DNA from: Nostoc punctiforme PCC 73102
GTDB taxonomy: Bacteria > Cyanobacteriota > Cyanobacteriia > Cyanobacteriales > Nostocaceae
DNA length: 32,000 bases
Direction: 5' to 3'
Assembly: GCF_000020025.1 (NCBI RefSeq)
Contig: NC_010628.1
Coordinates: 1,650,001-1,682,000, forward strand
Shown here piece by piece: positions 1 to 8,597 of the stretch (the stretch's first letter is position 1; each line of letters starts with the position of its first letter). Below the pieces are notes generated by a model. It worked only from the letters and a program-made list of their open reading frames with translations, did no database searches and was not told the origin of the DNA. Position numbers and translations under genes: made by a program.

Positions 1-32
1 GGGGGAGAATTATTTAACAAGTTTTTTCCCCT

Positions 33-74
33 ATGCCCCATGCCCAATGCCCCATTCCCAATTCCCAATTCCCT
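33..74. repeat. Six tandem heptamers (ATGCCCC ATGCCCA ATGCCCC ATTCCCA ATTCCCA ATTCCCT), STRR-like short tandem repeat
   Basis: Read directly from the sequence: 7-nt periodicity over 42 nt. The repeat abuts and overlaps the stop codon (73-75, minus strand) of the 73..567 gene. Heptameric STRR repeats are typical of heterocystous cyanobacteria. Confidence 0.8.
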
Positions 75-567
75 ACTTAACTTCTGTAATTTTGAGAGTG
101 TAAGGAAGATATTTACCTTGTTTGTAGGAACCAACCCAAACTTGGTAACTTCCAGCCAGCCATTCACCAACAATGCCGGCATTTTTGCCATCAAAATCGT
201 CATTACACCAAGTACCACCTGGCCCCTTGATAATTATGGTGGTGTCTTCAGGACTTTGGACTTGCAACTTTAGGTAGTCGAATTTACCTGTTAACGCTAA
301 TGTGTGGTCTGGTGTTTCATCAACAAATCCAGTACAAGGGCCAGTGGCTGTTTCAGTTCTCCCACCTACTTTACTCCCAGATATTGAACCACCACTCATC
401 CCGCGAACTGTCAGGGGGTCTGGCGAAAACTGGGGACTAATAGTTACATCTCCAAATATCGTTGGCGCTTCCTGAGCATCAGTCACAGCGTTAACTGTCG
501 ATGTGATGAAGAGCGTAACTATCATCAACGATAATCTCATCCCTCTATTGAGCGCTTTTGTTGGCAT
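73..567 (-). CDS. Small secreted hypothetical protein (164 aa) with an N-terminal signal peptide and a Cys-containing beta-rich domain, possibly PPC/pre-peptidase-C-terminal-like
   Basis: Uninterrupted ORF. The hydrophobic N-terminus MRLSLMIVTLFITSTVNA is followed by a polar mature region. It has two Cys (GPCTG, GTWCNDD) and a G/S/T-rich beta-type composition. The fold assignment is only an impression. An alternative start at Met10 is possible. Confidence 0.65.
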   Translation of the reverse strand: MPTKALNRGMRLSLMIVTLFITSTVNAVTDAQEAPTIFGDVTISPQFSPDPLTVRGMSGGSISGSKVGGRTETATGPCTGFVDETPDHTLALTGKFDYLKLQVQSPEDTTIIIKGPGGTWCNDDFDGKNAGIVGEWLAGSYQVWVGSYKQGKYLPYTLKITEVK

Positions 568-730
568 TGTAATTACGTTCGCTTCTAAGTGGTTTTGAAG
601 ACATGAATTTTACACACCAAGTTCCCAATGTGGGGAGAATTGACTACCTATTTTAGATTTGAAATTGGGGATAATTCATTAGTAATTAGTCAATGATTTG
701 TTGTTCTTATAGTTGCTCTACCTTATGAAT

Positions 731-754
731 AGGGGCACACGTTTGTGCGCCCCT
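731..754 (-). terminator. Imperfect GC-rich hairpin (AGGGGCACAC-GTTT-GTGCGCCCCT) 37 nt downstream of the gltX stop; possible terminator or 3'-UTR structure
   Basis: Nine base pairs with one mismatch, read by eye. There is no U-tract on the minus strand, so it is not a canonical intrinsic terminator. Confidence 0.3.
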
Positions 755-790
755 AAAATCTAAAATATTTCTAAAATCTGGAAGTAATTG

Positions 791-2284
791 CTAATTAGCT
801 TCTGTTATTGCCCGGCTCAAACGCGATTTGTCTAAACCAATCTGATTTAGTAGTAACCAAGATTGAATGAGGTCGGGGCCATGAACATCTCCAGTTAAGG
901 CTGCTCGGAGCGATCGCATTACTAAGCCTTTTTTGACTTTTTGCTCTTTCACCACTTGTTTGATAATGTCCTGGGCGGCGGCTTCCGACAGTTGCGGCTG
1001 ATTTTCTAAAGCTGTGACAATCGCCTCAAGAACAGCAGTAGAACCTTCTTGTTTCAGTTGTGTACTGCCTTCTTCGCTAAATTCAACTGTATCGCTAAAA
1101 AACAGTTGGCTTTGAGGTACTGCATCTACTAAACGAGTCAAACTTTGGCTAATTAAAGTTACAAGCTGTTCTAACCAGGCGCGATCTCTTCCACCATCAA
1201 ATTTATACCCAGCCGCTTCCCAAAAGGGTATGAGTAAATCTGTGAGTTTATCTACTGGCGTATTGTGGATATACTGACTGTTCAACCAATCTAGCTTGTC
1301 CCAGTCAAACTTTGCACCTGCTTTATTTACACGCTCAAAGCCAAACTCTTTAGCTGCTGTTTCTAAAGTAAATATTTCTTGCGTCGAGTCTGGTGGCGAC
1401 CAACCCAGCAATGTCATGTAATTTACCAAGCCTTCAGCAGTAAAGCCCATTTTCTGAAATTCAGAAATGGAAGTGACACCATCCCGCTTAGAAAGCTTGC
1501 GCCCTTCCATGTTCAAAATTAATGGCGTATGGGAGAACTCTGGAATTTTTGCACCCATTGCTTCATACAGCAGAATTTGCTTGGCGGTATTGGCGATGTG
1601 GTCTTCTCCGCGAATGACATGAGTGATTTGCATATCAATGTCATCCACTACAACGACAAAATTGTATAGTGGTTGACCGCTACCCTCTTCTGAGGCGCGG
1701 GCGATGACCATATCACCACCTAAATCGCTACCTCGCCAAGACATTTTTCCCCTTACTAGGTCGTTCCAGACAATTTCCCGCCCATCTTCGATTTTGAAGC
1801 GAATCACATAAGAACGACCTTCTGCTTCATAAGCGGCACGTTGTTCTGGTGTTAGGTTGCGGTGACGGTTGTCATAGCGGGGAGCTTCGCCTCTAGCTTT
1901 CTGAGCTTCTCTTAGCGCTTCTAATTCTTCGCTGGTGGTGTAGCAGCGATAGGCTAATCCTTGATCTAGCAGTTTTTGTACTGCTTCTTTATAAAGATCC
2001 AGGCGCTGAGATTGAAAAAACGGCCCTTCATCCCAGTTCAGTCCTAGCCAGCGCAATCCTTCAAGAATATTGTCGGTGTATTCGGGACGCGATCGCTCTA
2101 GGTCTGTATCTTCTATTCGCAATATAAATTTCCCGCCGTGGTGACGGGCAAATAACCAGTTAAATACAGCCGTTCTAGCTGTACCAATATGTAAATTTCC
2201 GGTTGGACTCGGCGCAATACGGACTCTGACAGTCACAGTTAATTCTCTCTTTCGCAAAGCATGATAAATGTAGCTTATATTCAA
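791..2284 (-). CDS. gltX: Glutamate--tRNA ligase (glutamyl-tRNA synthetase)
   Basis: Class I aaRS signatures: [18 protein letters not shown] (HIGH motif), ILRIEDTD and LSKRDG (KMSKS-like). Length is typical for GluRS. The listed ORF begins at a TTG. The conserved core begins right after the GTG at 2236-2234 (giving [13 protein letters not shown]), which is the more likely true start. Confidence 0.95.
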   Translation of the reverse strand: MNISYIYHALRKRELTVTVRVRIAPSPTGNLHIGTARTAVFNWLFARHHGGKFILRIEDTDLERSRPEYTDNILEGLRWLGLNWDEGPFFQSQRLDLYKEAVQKLLDQGLAYRCYTTSEELEALREAQKARGEAPRYDNRHRNLTPEQRAAYEAEGRSYVIRFKIEDGREIVWNDLVRGKMSWRGSDLGGDMVIARASEEGSGQPLYNFVVVVDDIDMQITHVIRGEDHIANTAKQILLYEAMGAKIPEFSHTPLILNMEGRKLSKRDGVTSISEFQKMGFTAEGLVNYMTLLGWSPPDSTQEIFTLETAAKEFGFERVNKAGAKFDWDKLDWLNSQYIHNTPVDKLTDLLIPFWEAAGYKFDGGRDRAWLEQLVTLISQSLTRLVDAVPQSQLFFSDTVEFSEEGSTQLKQEGSTAVLEAIVTALENQPQLSEAAAQDIIKQVVKEQKVKKGLVMRSLRAALTGDVHGPDLIQSWLLLNQIGLDKSRLSRAITEAN

Positions 2285-2320
2285 ACCCCCAATTCTGGGT
2301 CAATCCTTTTGGGGAATTCC

Positions 2321-2349
2321 AAATCAAAAATCACCGAACTTCGGTGATT
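2321..2349 (-). terminator. Rho-independent terminator downstream of tRNA-Asp
   Basis: On the minus strand, AATCACCGA-AGT-TCGGTGATT forms a 9-bp perfect stem with a 3-nt loop. It runs straight into TTTTTGATTT, about 20 nt after the tRNA 3' end. Confidence 0.65.
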
Positions 2350-2369
2350 CATTACTTATAAATTTAGAA

Positions 2370-2443
2370 CGGGACTGACGGGGCTCGAACCCGCAACTTC
2401 CGCCGTGACAGGGCGGTGCTCTAACCAATTGAACTACAGTCCC
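2370..2443 (-). tRNA. tRNA-Asp (anticodon GUC)
   Basis: The minus strand reads GGGACTG TA GTTC AATTGGTTA GAGC A CCGCC CTGTCAC GGCGG AAGTT GCGGG TTCGAGC CCCGT CAGTCCC G. This folds as a full cloverleaf with a 7-bp acceptor stem, a GTTCGAGC T-loop, anticodon loop CU-GUC-AC and discriminator G. CCA is not encoded. Confidence 0.95.
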
Positions 2444-3192
2444 TTGTTTGGTCAACTTTGCTATTATCACTATTTTTTTTCTGCTTGTCAAGCATTTTGG
2501 AATGGGAAATTAGAAATTATTTTTGTCCCGTCTCTTGAAGGTGCGAATTTATCGTTAAATAGACCTTGATAATACAACCTGGGGCTTAGATTCTAAATGC
2601 TGCAATATCCGGGATTGCATTTGTTTATACTGCTGTTTTAATAGCTGTTTGCTGACTTGGGGTTGAGAAGCTGGTGGTAGGCTATGAGTTTGTTGCACCC
2701 AGGTTTTCAGGATTTGTCGCTGAGTTGGCTCGATGCGACTGCTAAGGACGTTGGTGCAGGAATGTGGTGCTTCCAGAGTAAAGAAAATCAAAGGATAGTG
2801 TTCATTTTCAGCCAGGAAACCTAGCATCTTCAGATTTTGGGGATTTTGCATATCTAAGTAGCACGGTAGCCACTTAGGAGCCAATTGCCGATCGTAGAGT
2901 ACAGTTACCCACAACAGCATTGGGTGAGGGGATGTGATGAAGATAAACTGGTTGTAACGGGTAGAAAGAGCATAGTTTTTGATTTCTTGTTTAGGCAACA
3001 TCAACCATAGTGCGGTCATAGATTCTTGTGCAGTATCTATAAGCTGGGGAAAAACAATTTCTTGAATTGGTTTATTTTGAGGCCACAAAAGTTTTCGGCA
3101 GCTTTTTTCTACTGCAATTGGTAATCCAGAATCTAGGGGACGGCTAAGGATGGGATTAGAGGATATTGTTGGTAAACTGGTAGAATTAGATT

Positions 3193-3201
3193 GTTCTAAG
3201 C
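3193..3201. repeat. Left copy of the 9-bp target-site duplication GTTCTAAGC
   Basis: Identical 9-mer at 4384-4392, immediately flanking the IS inverted repeats. The bases just outside each copy differ between the two sites (3192 t vs 4383 g; 3202 c vs 4393 t), so the duplication is exactly 9 bp. Confidence 0.85.
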
Positions 3202-4383
3202 CAAAAGTGTTGAATGTTAAGAAAAATCCGATAAAAACAGCCCAAAATATGTTAAATTTTGGGCGGAAGATTAAAGTATATCTATTTAATAGTGATTATA
3301 AATTCATTTCCCAAGATTGTCAAAGATATCTTGAGAGGACTGCCAAAAAACGATTATCCAGTATTGAACAGTCGTCTGTTCTTTGAGTGCTGGTTATCTT
3401 ATGCTATGGATAACAGCTTAACAAGTATGCGAGATTTATTTAACAGATTAAACAACACAGGATTTCCGGTAGATATTTCTACTTTCTCTAAAGCAAACTT
3501 ACATCGAAGTCAAAAACCTTTTCAAGAAATTTACCAAAAATTAAATGAATTAGTACAGAAGAAAGTTCAAAAAAAGTTACATGATAAATATGCAATTTGT
3601 CCAATAGATTCAACAATTATTACTCTCACAAGTAAATTGTTATGGGTACTAGGACACCATCAAGTAAAACTTTTCAGTTCTCTAAATTTAGCTACTGGAA
3701 GTCCATCAGATAACTTCATAAACTTTGGACATGACCATGACTATAAATTTGGTTGTAAAATGATGTCTAGTCTACCAAATAATGCTGTTGGTGTAATGGA
3801 TAGAGGTTTTGCTGGATTAAAATTTATCCAAGAATTAGTCCAAGAAAACAAATACTTTGTTTTGCGGGTAAAAAACAATTGGAAGTTAGAATTTGAGGAG
3901 CAAACTGGATTAATTAAAGTTGGTGCATCTAATGATGCTCAAGCCTATAGAGTGATTAATTTTTGTGATTTAGAAACGAAAACTGAGTTTCGATTAGTAA
4001 CCAATTTACCAACATTAGGAGAGGCTGCCGTTAGTGATTATGAAATCAGGGATATTTATCGATTGCGTTGGGGAGTTGAATTGTTGTGGAAGTTTTTGAA
4101 AATGCACTTAAAACTTGACAAGTTAATTACTAAAAATGTTAATGGTATCACCATACAAATTTACGTTACTTTAATAGCTTATCTAATTTTACAGATATTA
4201 TCTGTACCACAACAATGGGGACATACGCTATTAGATAAATTCCGCTATTTACAATCTTGTATGTGTCAGAAAATAAGTTATGTTCATTGGTTTGAAGAGA
4301 TGATGTCATGTTGACTATTTTAGGCTTTTTAGAGTTAGTGTAACTAGATATGTAAACTTTTGTATCAGCATTCAACATTTCTG
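3202..4383 (+). mobile_element. Intact 1182-bp insertion sequence of the IS4 type (DDE transposase)
   Basis: Terminal inverted repeats are CAAAAGTGTTGAATGTTAAGA (3202-3222) and the reverse complement of 4363-4383, CAGAAATGTTGAATGCTGATA. They match at 16 of 21 positions and both begin with CA. The element is flanked by a perfect 9-bp direct repeat. It contains a single transposase ORF that ends 69 nt before the right end. It sits inside a kinase reading frame. Confidence 0.85.
3259..4314 (+). CDS. IS4-family DDE transposase
   Basis: Candidate catalytic residues are PIDSTII (D), VMDRGFAG (D) and the Y-2-R-3-E-6-K signature YRLRWGVELLWKFLK, which is characteristic of the IS4 family. The listed start is a TTG. 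A GTG at 3292 (MIINSFPKIV...) is an equally plausible start. Confidence 0.9.
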   Translation: MGGRLKYIYLIVIINSFPKIVKDILRGLPKNDYPVLNSRLFFECWLSYAMDNSLTSMRDLFNRLNNTGFPVDISTFSKANLHRSQKPFQEIYQKLNELVQKKVQKKLHDKYAICPIDSTIITLTSKLLWVLGHHQVKLFSSLNLATGSPSDNFINFGHDHDYKFGCKMMSSLPNNAVGVMDRGFAGLKFIQELVQENKYFVLRVKNNWKLEFEEQTGLIKVGASNDAQAYRVINFCDLETKTEFRLVTNLPTLGEAAVSDYEIRDIYRLRWGVELLWKFLKMHLKLDKLITKNVNGITIQIYVTLIAYLILQILSVPQQWGHTLLDKFRYLQSCMCQKISYVHWFEEMMSC

Positions 4384-4392
4384 GTTCTAAGC
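4384..4392. repeat. Right copy of the 9-bp target-site duplication GTTCTAAGC
   Basis: See the left copy at 3193-3201. Confidence 0.85.
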
Positions 4393-5364
4393 TATTTAAC
4401 ACTTGTAAAATTTGAGCGATATTTTGGGGGCGATCGCAAGATTTTTTTGCCAGACAAGACATGATTAAATTATTTAGCTTCTGAGGAATTTTCAGAGTTG
4501 GTTTAACATCTGCGATCGTTTTGGGTTCTTCAAAGTGATGTGCTTTATACCAAGCACCAAAGTAATCAGTTTCTGGTTCCCAAGGTTTTTTGCCTGTGAG
4601 CATTTCAAACATCATCACACCCAGGCTATAAATATCAGAGCGACTGTCTAACTTCTCTCCATCTAGCTGTTCTGGAGAACAATAGGGTAAAGTGCCATTA
4701 AATCCCCTGCTTGTACTAGCTGTTGATGCATAATTTAAAAATCTAGCAATCCCAAAATCGAGGATTTTAACTAACTGACCTAATATCGGATCGGGAATAA
4801 CTAATATATTGGCAGGCTTAATATCTCTATGAACCAACGGACAAATTTTACCGTCAATATTAATGCCTTGATGGGCACACTGTAAGCCCAAACAAATTTG
4901 GCGGGAAAGAGTCAAAAACATCGACAATGATAGCGGAATTAAGTCTTTTAAACTCTTACCACATAGATATTCCATAACGTAATATGGTTTTCCTTTCTCA
5001 TTCACGCCATAATCATACGCCCGCACTATGTGTAAGCTCTTTTGACTCAAAGCTGCACTCATTAAAGCTTCACGAGCAAAGTCTTGTTGCATCTTGCTAT
5101 CGACAACAGTCTGAGTTAAAAACTTGATAGCAACTGGTATACCTCCTAACAAAATATCATTTGCTAAGAAAACTTCACCCATGCCACCGCTACCAATTAA
5201 TTGCTTCAGTTGGTAACGATTGGCAAGTAAGCCCGTACTACTTGGAGATGTAAATGGGCTTTTATTCACTTTATTCACCTCTGCTGCTGAGTCTATTTAA
5301 AGTTAATAATACACACATAAGAATATAATTAAGTAATGGTAGCAAGCATTTTAATCACGCACTT

Positions 5365-6996
5365 TTAAGAACGCGATAAAAGTTTAAAAAACATCTCCAA
5401 GAATTTATCCATCCAAGTTTTTAACCCTTCTTTCTCAGCTTTATGATCTGCCGCTAACTTTTGCAAAATGTCTAATTTTAGTTTTTCATACTCTGTTTTT
5501 AGAAGATTTTTAGCTTGATTAGACAAAATTAATTCATTTGTACGTTGGCTTATATCTAACCAGTCTACAAGTTGCTGACGCTGATTCGCTGTGAGACTTA
5601 AGGTTGTTACATGAGAGCAACGGTTTGGCTCTTCTAGGGGAAAAAATAGTAGATGATAGTAGCCTACCTCTGCTAAACTACGCGCTATATTCTGCCCTTT
5701 ATTATCTTTCAAATCTAGAAAATAAGGTAGCCACTTAGTCATAGAAGGCTGGGCATCGTATAAGACTGTTACCCACAACAGCATCGGATATACATTAATT
5801 TTACTAATAAATTCAGTGCTGTGTACTTTATTCAAAAATTTTGCAATCTCTTGTTTGGGCAACATTGCCCAAAAAGTTGGTATAGGTCTTTGAGGAGTTT
5901 GTAATAAATGGGGAAAACCAATTGGTGCAATTGGTTTGTTCTTAGGCCAATTTTTCTGCAAACACTCTTGTTCTGACAAGAAAGTGGCAGGTACTAATTT
6001 AACTGGAAGTGAGACTTTAAGAATGTCACTGCTATTGTTAAGAAGAACATCATTAATCTGGCTATTAACTTTTTCTAAATCTTCTAATATTTGGTTTATA
6101 TTTTGTGGGCGATCGCTTACTTCTTTCGCTAAACAACTCATCAACAGTTTTTCTAATACCTGCGGTACTTTAACTTGCGGATTAACTTCTTCAAGTGTAG
6201 GTGGCATTTGAAAGCGATGCGCTTGATACCAAGTACCAAAAGAGTTACTTTTTGTCTGAAATGGATGTTTTCCTGTTAGCATCTCAAACATTAATACTCC
6301 CAAACTGTAAATATCAGAGCGCACATCTAGCAATTTGCGCCCTTCCATGTGTTCTGGAGAACAGTAAGGTAAACTGCCAATAAAAGAATCTGTCAGGGTC
6401 ATCCCACTTCGTTCTGTTAAAAATTTGGCGATGCCAAAATCGAGTATTTTAACAATTTCTCTTTCTTTACTATCTTCACTAAGGAATATATTTTCGGGTT
6501 TTATATCTCTATGAACAATGGGATAAATCTCTCCTTTGAGGCTGATACCTTGATGGGCACATTGTAAGCCTAAACAAATTTGATTACAAATCTCCAAAAA
6601 TTTTGATATTGTTAAAGGCTGAATTTTGAGAATTTGTTTGAGATTTTTTCCTTGGAGGTATTCCATTACATAGTAGGGGGTTTTATCCTCAGTAACGCCA
6701 TAACTTAAGATGCGGACAATATGTTTACTTTTACGACCCAATTGAGCGCCAATAAAAATCTCTCTGGCAAAGCGTTGGGACATTTGCTGATTCGCCAAAC
6801 TGAGTGATAAAATTTTGATTGCGATCGGCATACCACCTTTAGCAGTATCTTCTGCTAAATAAACTCTCCCCATCCCCCCTTTGCCGATCAAATCTCTGAT
6901 TAAATAGCGATTATTTAAAAATTGTCCGATATAATCGTCTAATTCTGCTTTTTGCCCTACCATATTCTCAATTTTTTTTTGTGGCATAAAAATCAT
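5365..6996 (-). CDS. Ser/Thr protein kinase (543 aa) with an uncharacterised conserved C-terminal domain and a coiled-coil-like tail
   Basis: Kinase motifs GKGGMGRV, IAIKIL, HRDIKPENIF, DFGIAKF and PYCSPEH lie in residues about 30-300. A linker follows, then from about residue 349 a region homologous to ORF 2555..3088. The protein ends in a K/E/L-rich tail. Confidence 0.9.
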   Translation of the reverse strand: MIFMPQKKIENMVGQKAELDDYIGQFLNNRYLIRDLIGKGGMGRVYLAEDTAKGGMPIAIKILSLSLANQQMSQRFAREIFIGAQLGRKSKHIVRILSYGVTEDKTPYYVMEYLQGKNLKQILKIQPLTISKFLEICNQICLGLQCAHQGISLKGEIYPIVHRDIKPENIFLSEDSKEREIVKILDFGIAKFLTERSGMTLTDSFIGSLPYCSPEHMEGRKLLDVRSDIYSLGVLMFEMLTGKHPFQTKSNSFGTWYQAHRFQMPPTLEEVNPQVKVPQVLEKLLMSCLAKEVSDRPQNINQILEDLEKVNSQINDVLLNNSSDILKVSLPVKLVPATFLSEQECLQKNWPKNKPIAPIGFPHLLQTPQRPIPTFWAMLPKQEIAKFLNKVHSTEFISKINVYPMLLWVTVLYDAQPSMTKWLPYFLDLKDNKGQNIARSLAEVGYYHLLFFPLEEPNRCSHVTTLSLTANQRQQLVDWLDISQRTNELILSNQAKNLLKTEYEKLKLDILQKLAADHKAEKEGLKTWMDKFLEMFFKLLSRS

Positions 6997-7281
6997 TTAT
7001 GAAAAATACTTTTGGCAAATTAGTTTAATCAGTCTAGTTAAGTACTAAATTTAAATCTAAAAATATCAGAATTTGTCGAAAATTAATAATATACTGCCAT
7101 TATGGTTAATCTGCCTGCAAAATTTCTTAAACATTATGTAACATATTTATTAAGGAATACGGTTGAGAAATTACACGTAAACTACGAATAGGCTAGATAA
7201 AGTTACCTAGTAGATTCCGTGAATACACAGGAATAAGCAGAAATAAATAAATAGCAGTAAAGGGGGGATGCTTGTGTCTCA

Positions 7282-8466
7282 TTAACGATTGAGATTCGGC
7301 AGTAAACGACGTAATAATCTGATCAGTGGTGTTTCAATTTTCATTTTAAAGGCTAGTATCTGAGTACGTTGTAGTGAGTTAAAATTGTTATCACTCACAA
7401 GAATTAATGATTGTTGACCATCGGGTAGTTTAGGGCCAAGAGTTAAGCCTTCGATGTTGTCTAGTAGTACATCTAGGGTTTTCAAATCTAACAGTAGTTT
7501 TTTCTGAATTGGTTTAATATTTTTAAAGTCAATTGCTAAAAGACTATCTATGTGATGAATATCATCAGCTTGTTCTAAAGAAACCTGAAATAGGGAAATA
7601 GCAAATCCTAAACCAGTAAAAGACCTTTCTAAACTTAGGAAGTGCCCTTGATTATCAAGAGCAAGTAAATCAGGTAATCCACTAGCAAATTTGCCAGTCA
7701 GATTCAAAAAGGGTGAAACTGGTTCTGTCTGGTAAAGAAACTCCTTTTCTGGCTGGCCGTTGAGTAAGTTGTATTGCAAAATTCGGCAAGGACTACCAAT
7801 GTTAGGTTTAGCGGCAACACCATCTTGAATGAGAGCATTTTCGGTGGCTGTAAATAGATTCTTTTTATCAGGTGTGATGGTGAGGCTTTCAAAAGCCAAA
7901 TTGTTACGGATACCTTGTTTACCAGTTTTATCTGGCAAAAATTTATTTGGGATGGAAAGTGTTGTAATTTCTTTACCAAAAGATAGTGAAAATTCTTTAA
8001 TAAAAGGATTAATTAGTTTTGTAGAATCGCCTTCGGAAGAAATAAATACAGTTGATTTATTAGTTAATGCAATACCTTCTGTATCAGTTTCACTGGGGCG
8101 AAATGTTTGATCGTTTTCATTTAATAATGTGGTAACATCTACAGGAATAACTCCGCTCTTTTTTAAAGAACCCTTGCTTAAATCTATTTTCAGAGTGTAG
8201 AAGCGGGCAGCAGCTTTTTGTCCACGATCATCAGAGATAGCATAATAAAGGTTGTTTTTTGCATTATATGTAATTCCAGATAAACCTCCAACTTCGGTTT
8301 TTTTAAAGATTAAACCTTTCGGTAAAGTAGCTTCACCGATAAACTCTATATTACTAACTTCAACAGCACTTGATGGTAAGTTTGTGAATAAAAAGCTGAT
8401 AATTATAATCGAGATAAATAAGTAAATAATTCGTGGCATTACGAAGGTTTTCTTAATTAGCTGCAT
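7282..8466 (-). CDS. Secreted protein of the 'esterase-like activity of phytase' family (phytase-like beta-propeller), 394 aa
   Basis: N-terminal signal/anchor MPRIIYLFISIIIISFLFTNLPSSA. Motifs EVGGLSGITY, YYAISDDRG, TEGIAL and LSLERSF match my recollection of that family. No search was run. Confidence 0.55.
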   Translation of the reverse strand: MQLIKKTFVMPRIIYLFISIIIISFLFTNLPSSAVEVSNIEFIGEATLPKGLIFKKTEVGGLSGITYNAKNNLYYAISDDRGQKAAARFYTLKIDLSKGSLKKSGVIPVDVTTLLNENDQTFRPSETDTEGIALTNKSTVFISSEGDSTKLINPFIKEFSLSFGKEITTLSIPNKFLPDKTGKQGIRNNLAFESLTITPDKKNLFTATENALIQDGVAAKPNIGSPCRILQYNLLNGQPEKEFLYQTEPVSPFLNLTGKFASGLPDLLALDNQGHFLSLERSFTGLGFAISLFQVSLEQADDIHHIDSLLAIDFKNIKPIQKKLLLDLKTLDVLLDNIEGLTLGPKLPDGQQSLILVSDNNFNSLQRTQILAFKMKIETPLIRLLRRLLPNLNR

Positions 8467-8597
8467 AGAGTTTTTTGCTAGGATGTAAAATTACAAATAA
8501 GATATCACGCTAAAGAATATAGCGCTACATATTTGTGCGCTGCTAAAAATAAGGTATATTTCAACAAATTGAAAACCTTTATAAAATACGAAATCAC

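Larger units (their letters stand above)
2555..5278 (-). pseudogene. Ser/Thr protein kinase gene interrupted by an IS insertion (N-terminal kinase fragment 4384-5278; C-terminal-domain fragment 2555-3201)
   Basis: The N-terminal fragment carries Hanks kinase motifs: GSGGMGEV, VAIKF, HRDIKPANIL, DFGIA, PYCSPEQ. The C-terminal fragment aligns with residues from about 349 onward of the neighbouring 543-aa kinase. Examples are WPQNKPI/WPKNKPI, MLPKQEI, PMLLWVTVLYD and KWLPCYLD/KWLPYFLD. Removing the IS plus one target-duplication copy (1191 nt, which is 3 x 397) restores one continuous frame of about 510 codons. The restored junction reads ...QILQVLNSLEQSNSTSLPTISSNP.... Confidence 0.85.

Noticed and set aside
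40-273. A 77-aa plus-strand ORF.
   Set aside because: It lies antisense within the better-supported secreted-protein gene. It starts in the heptamer repeat and has a low-complexity, proline-rich N-terminus.
3150-3386. A 78-aa plus-strand ORF spanning the kinase fragment / IS boundary.
   Set aside because: It crosses the left IS end at 3202, so it cannot be an ancestral gene. It overlaps the transposase start region in another frame.
3208-4314. A 6-bp direct repeat TGTTGA (3208-3213 and 4309-4314) considered as a possible target duplication.
   Set aside because: No inverted repeats adjoin these positions. The left copy is actually part of the left terminal inverted repeat, and the right copy contains the transposase stop codon. 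A 6-mer match at this distance is expected by chance.
3232-4331. An alternative candidate pair of IS ends: TAAAAACAGCCCAAAATAT (3232-3250) against the reverse complement of 4316-4331, TAAAAAGCCTAAAATA.
   Set aside because: The match is A-rich and low-complexity, needs a gap, and has no flanking target duplication. Excising at these points throws the kinase out of frame into immediate stops. The 3202/4383 ends have a perfect 9-bp duplication and restore the frame.
5936-6383. Two plus-strand ORFs of 91 and 60 aa.
   Set aside because: They are antisense within the intact kinase gene.
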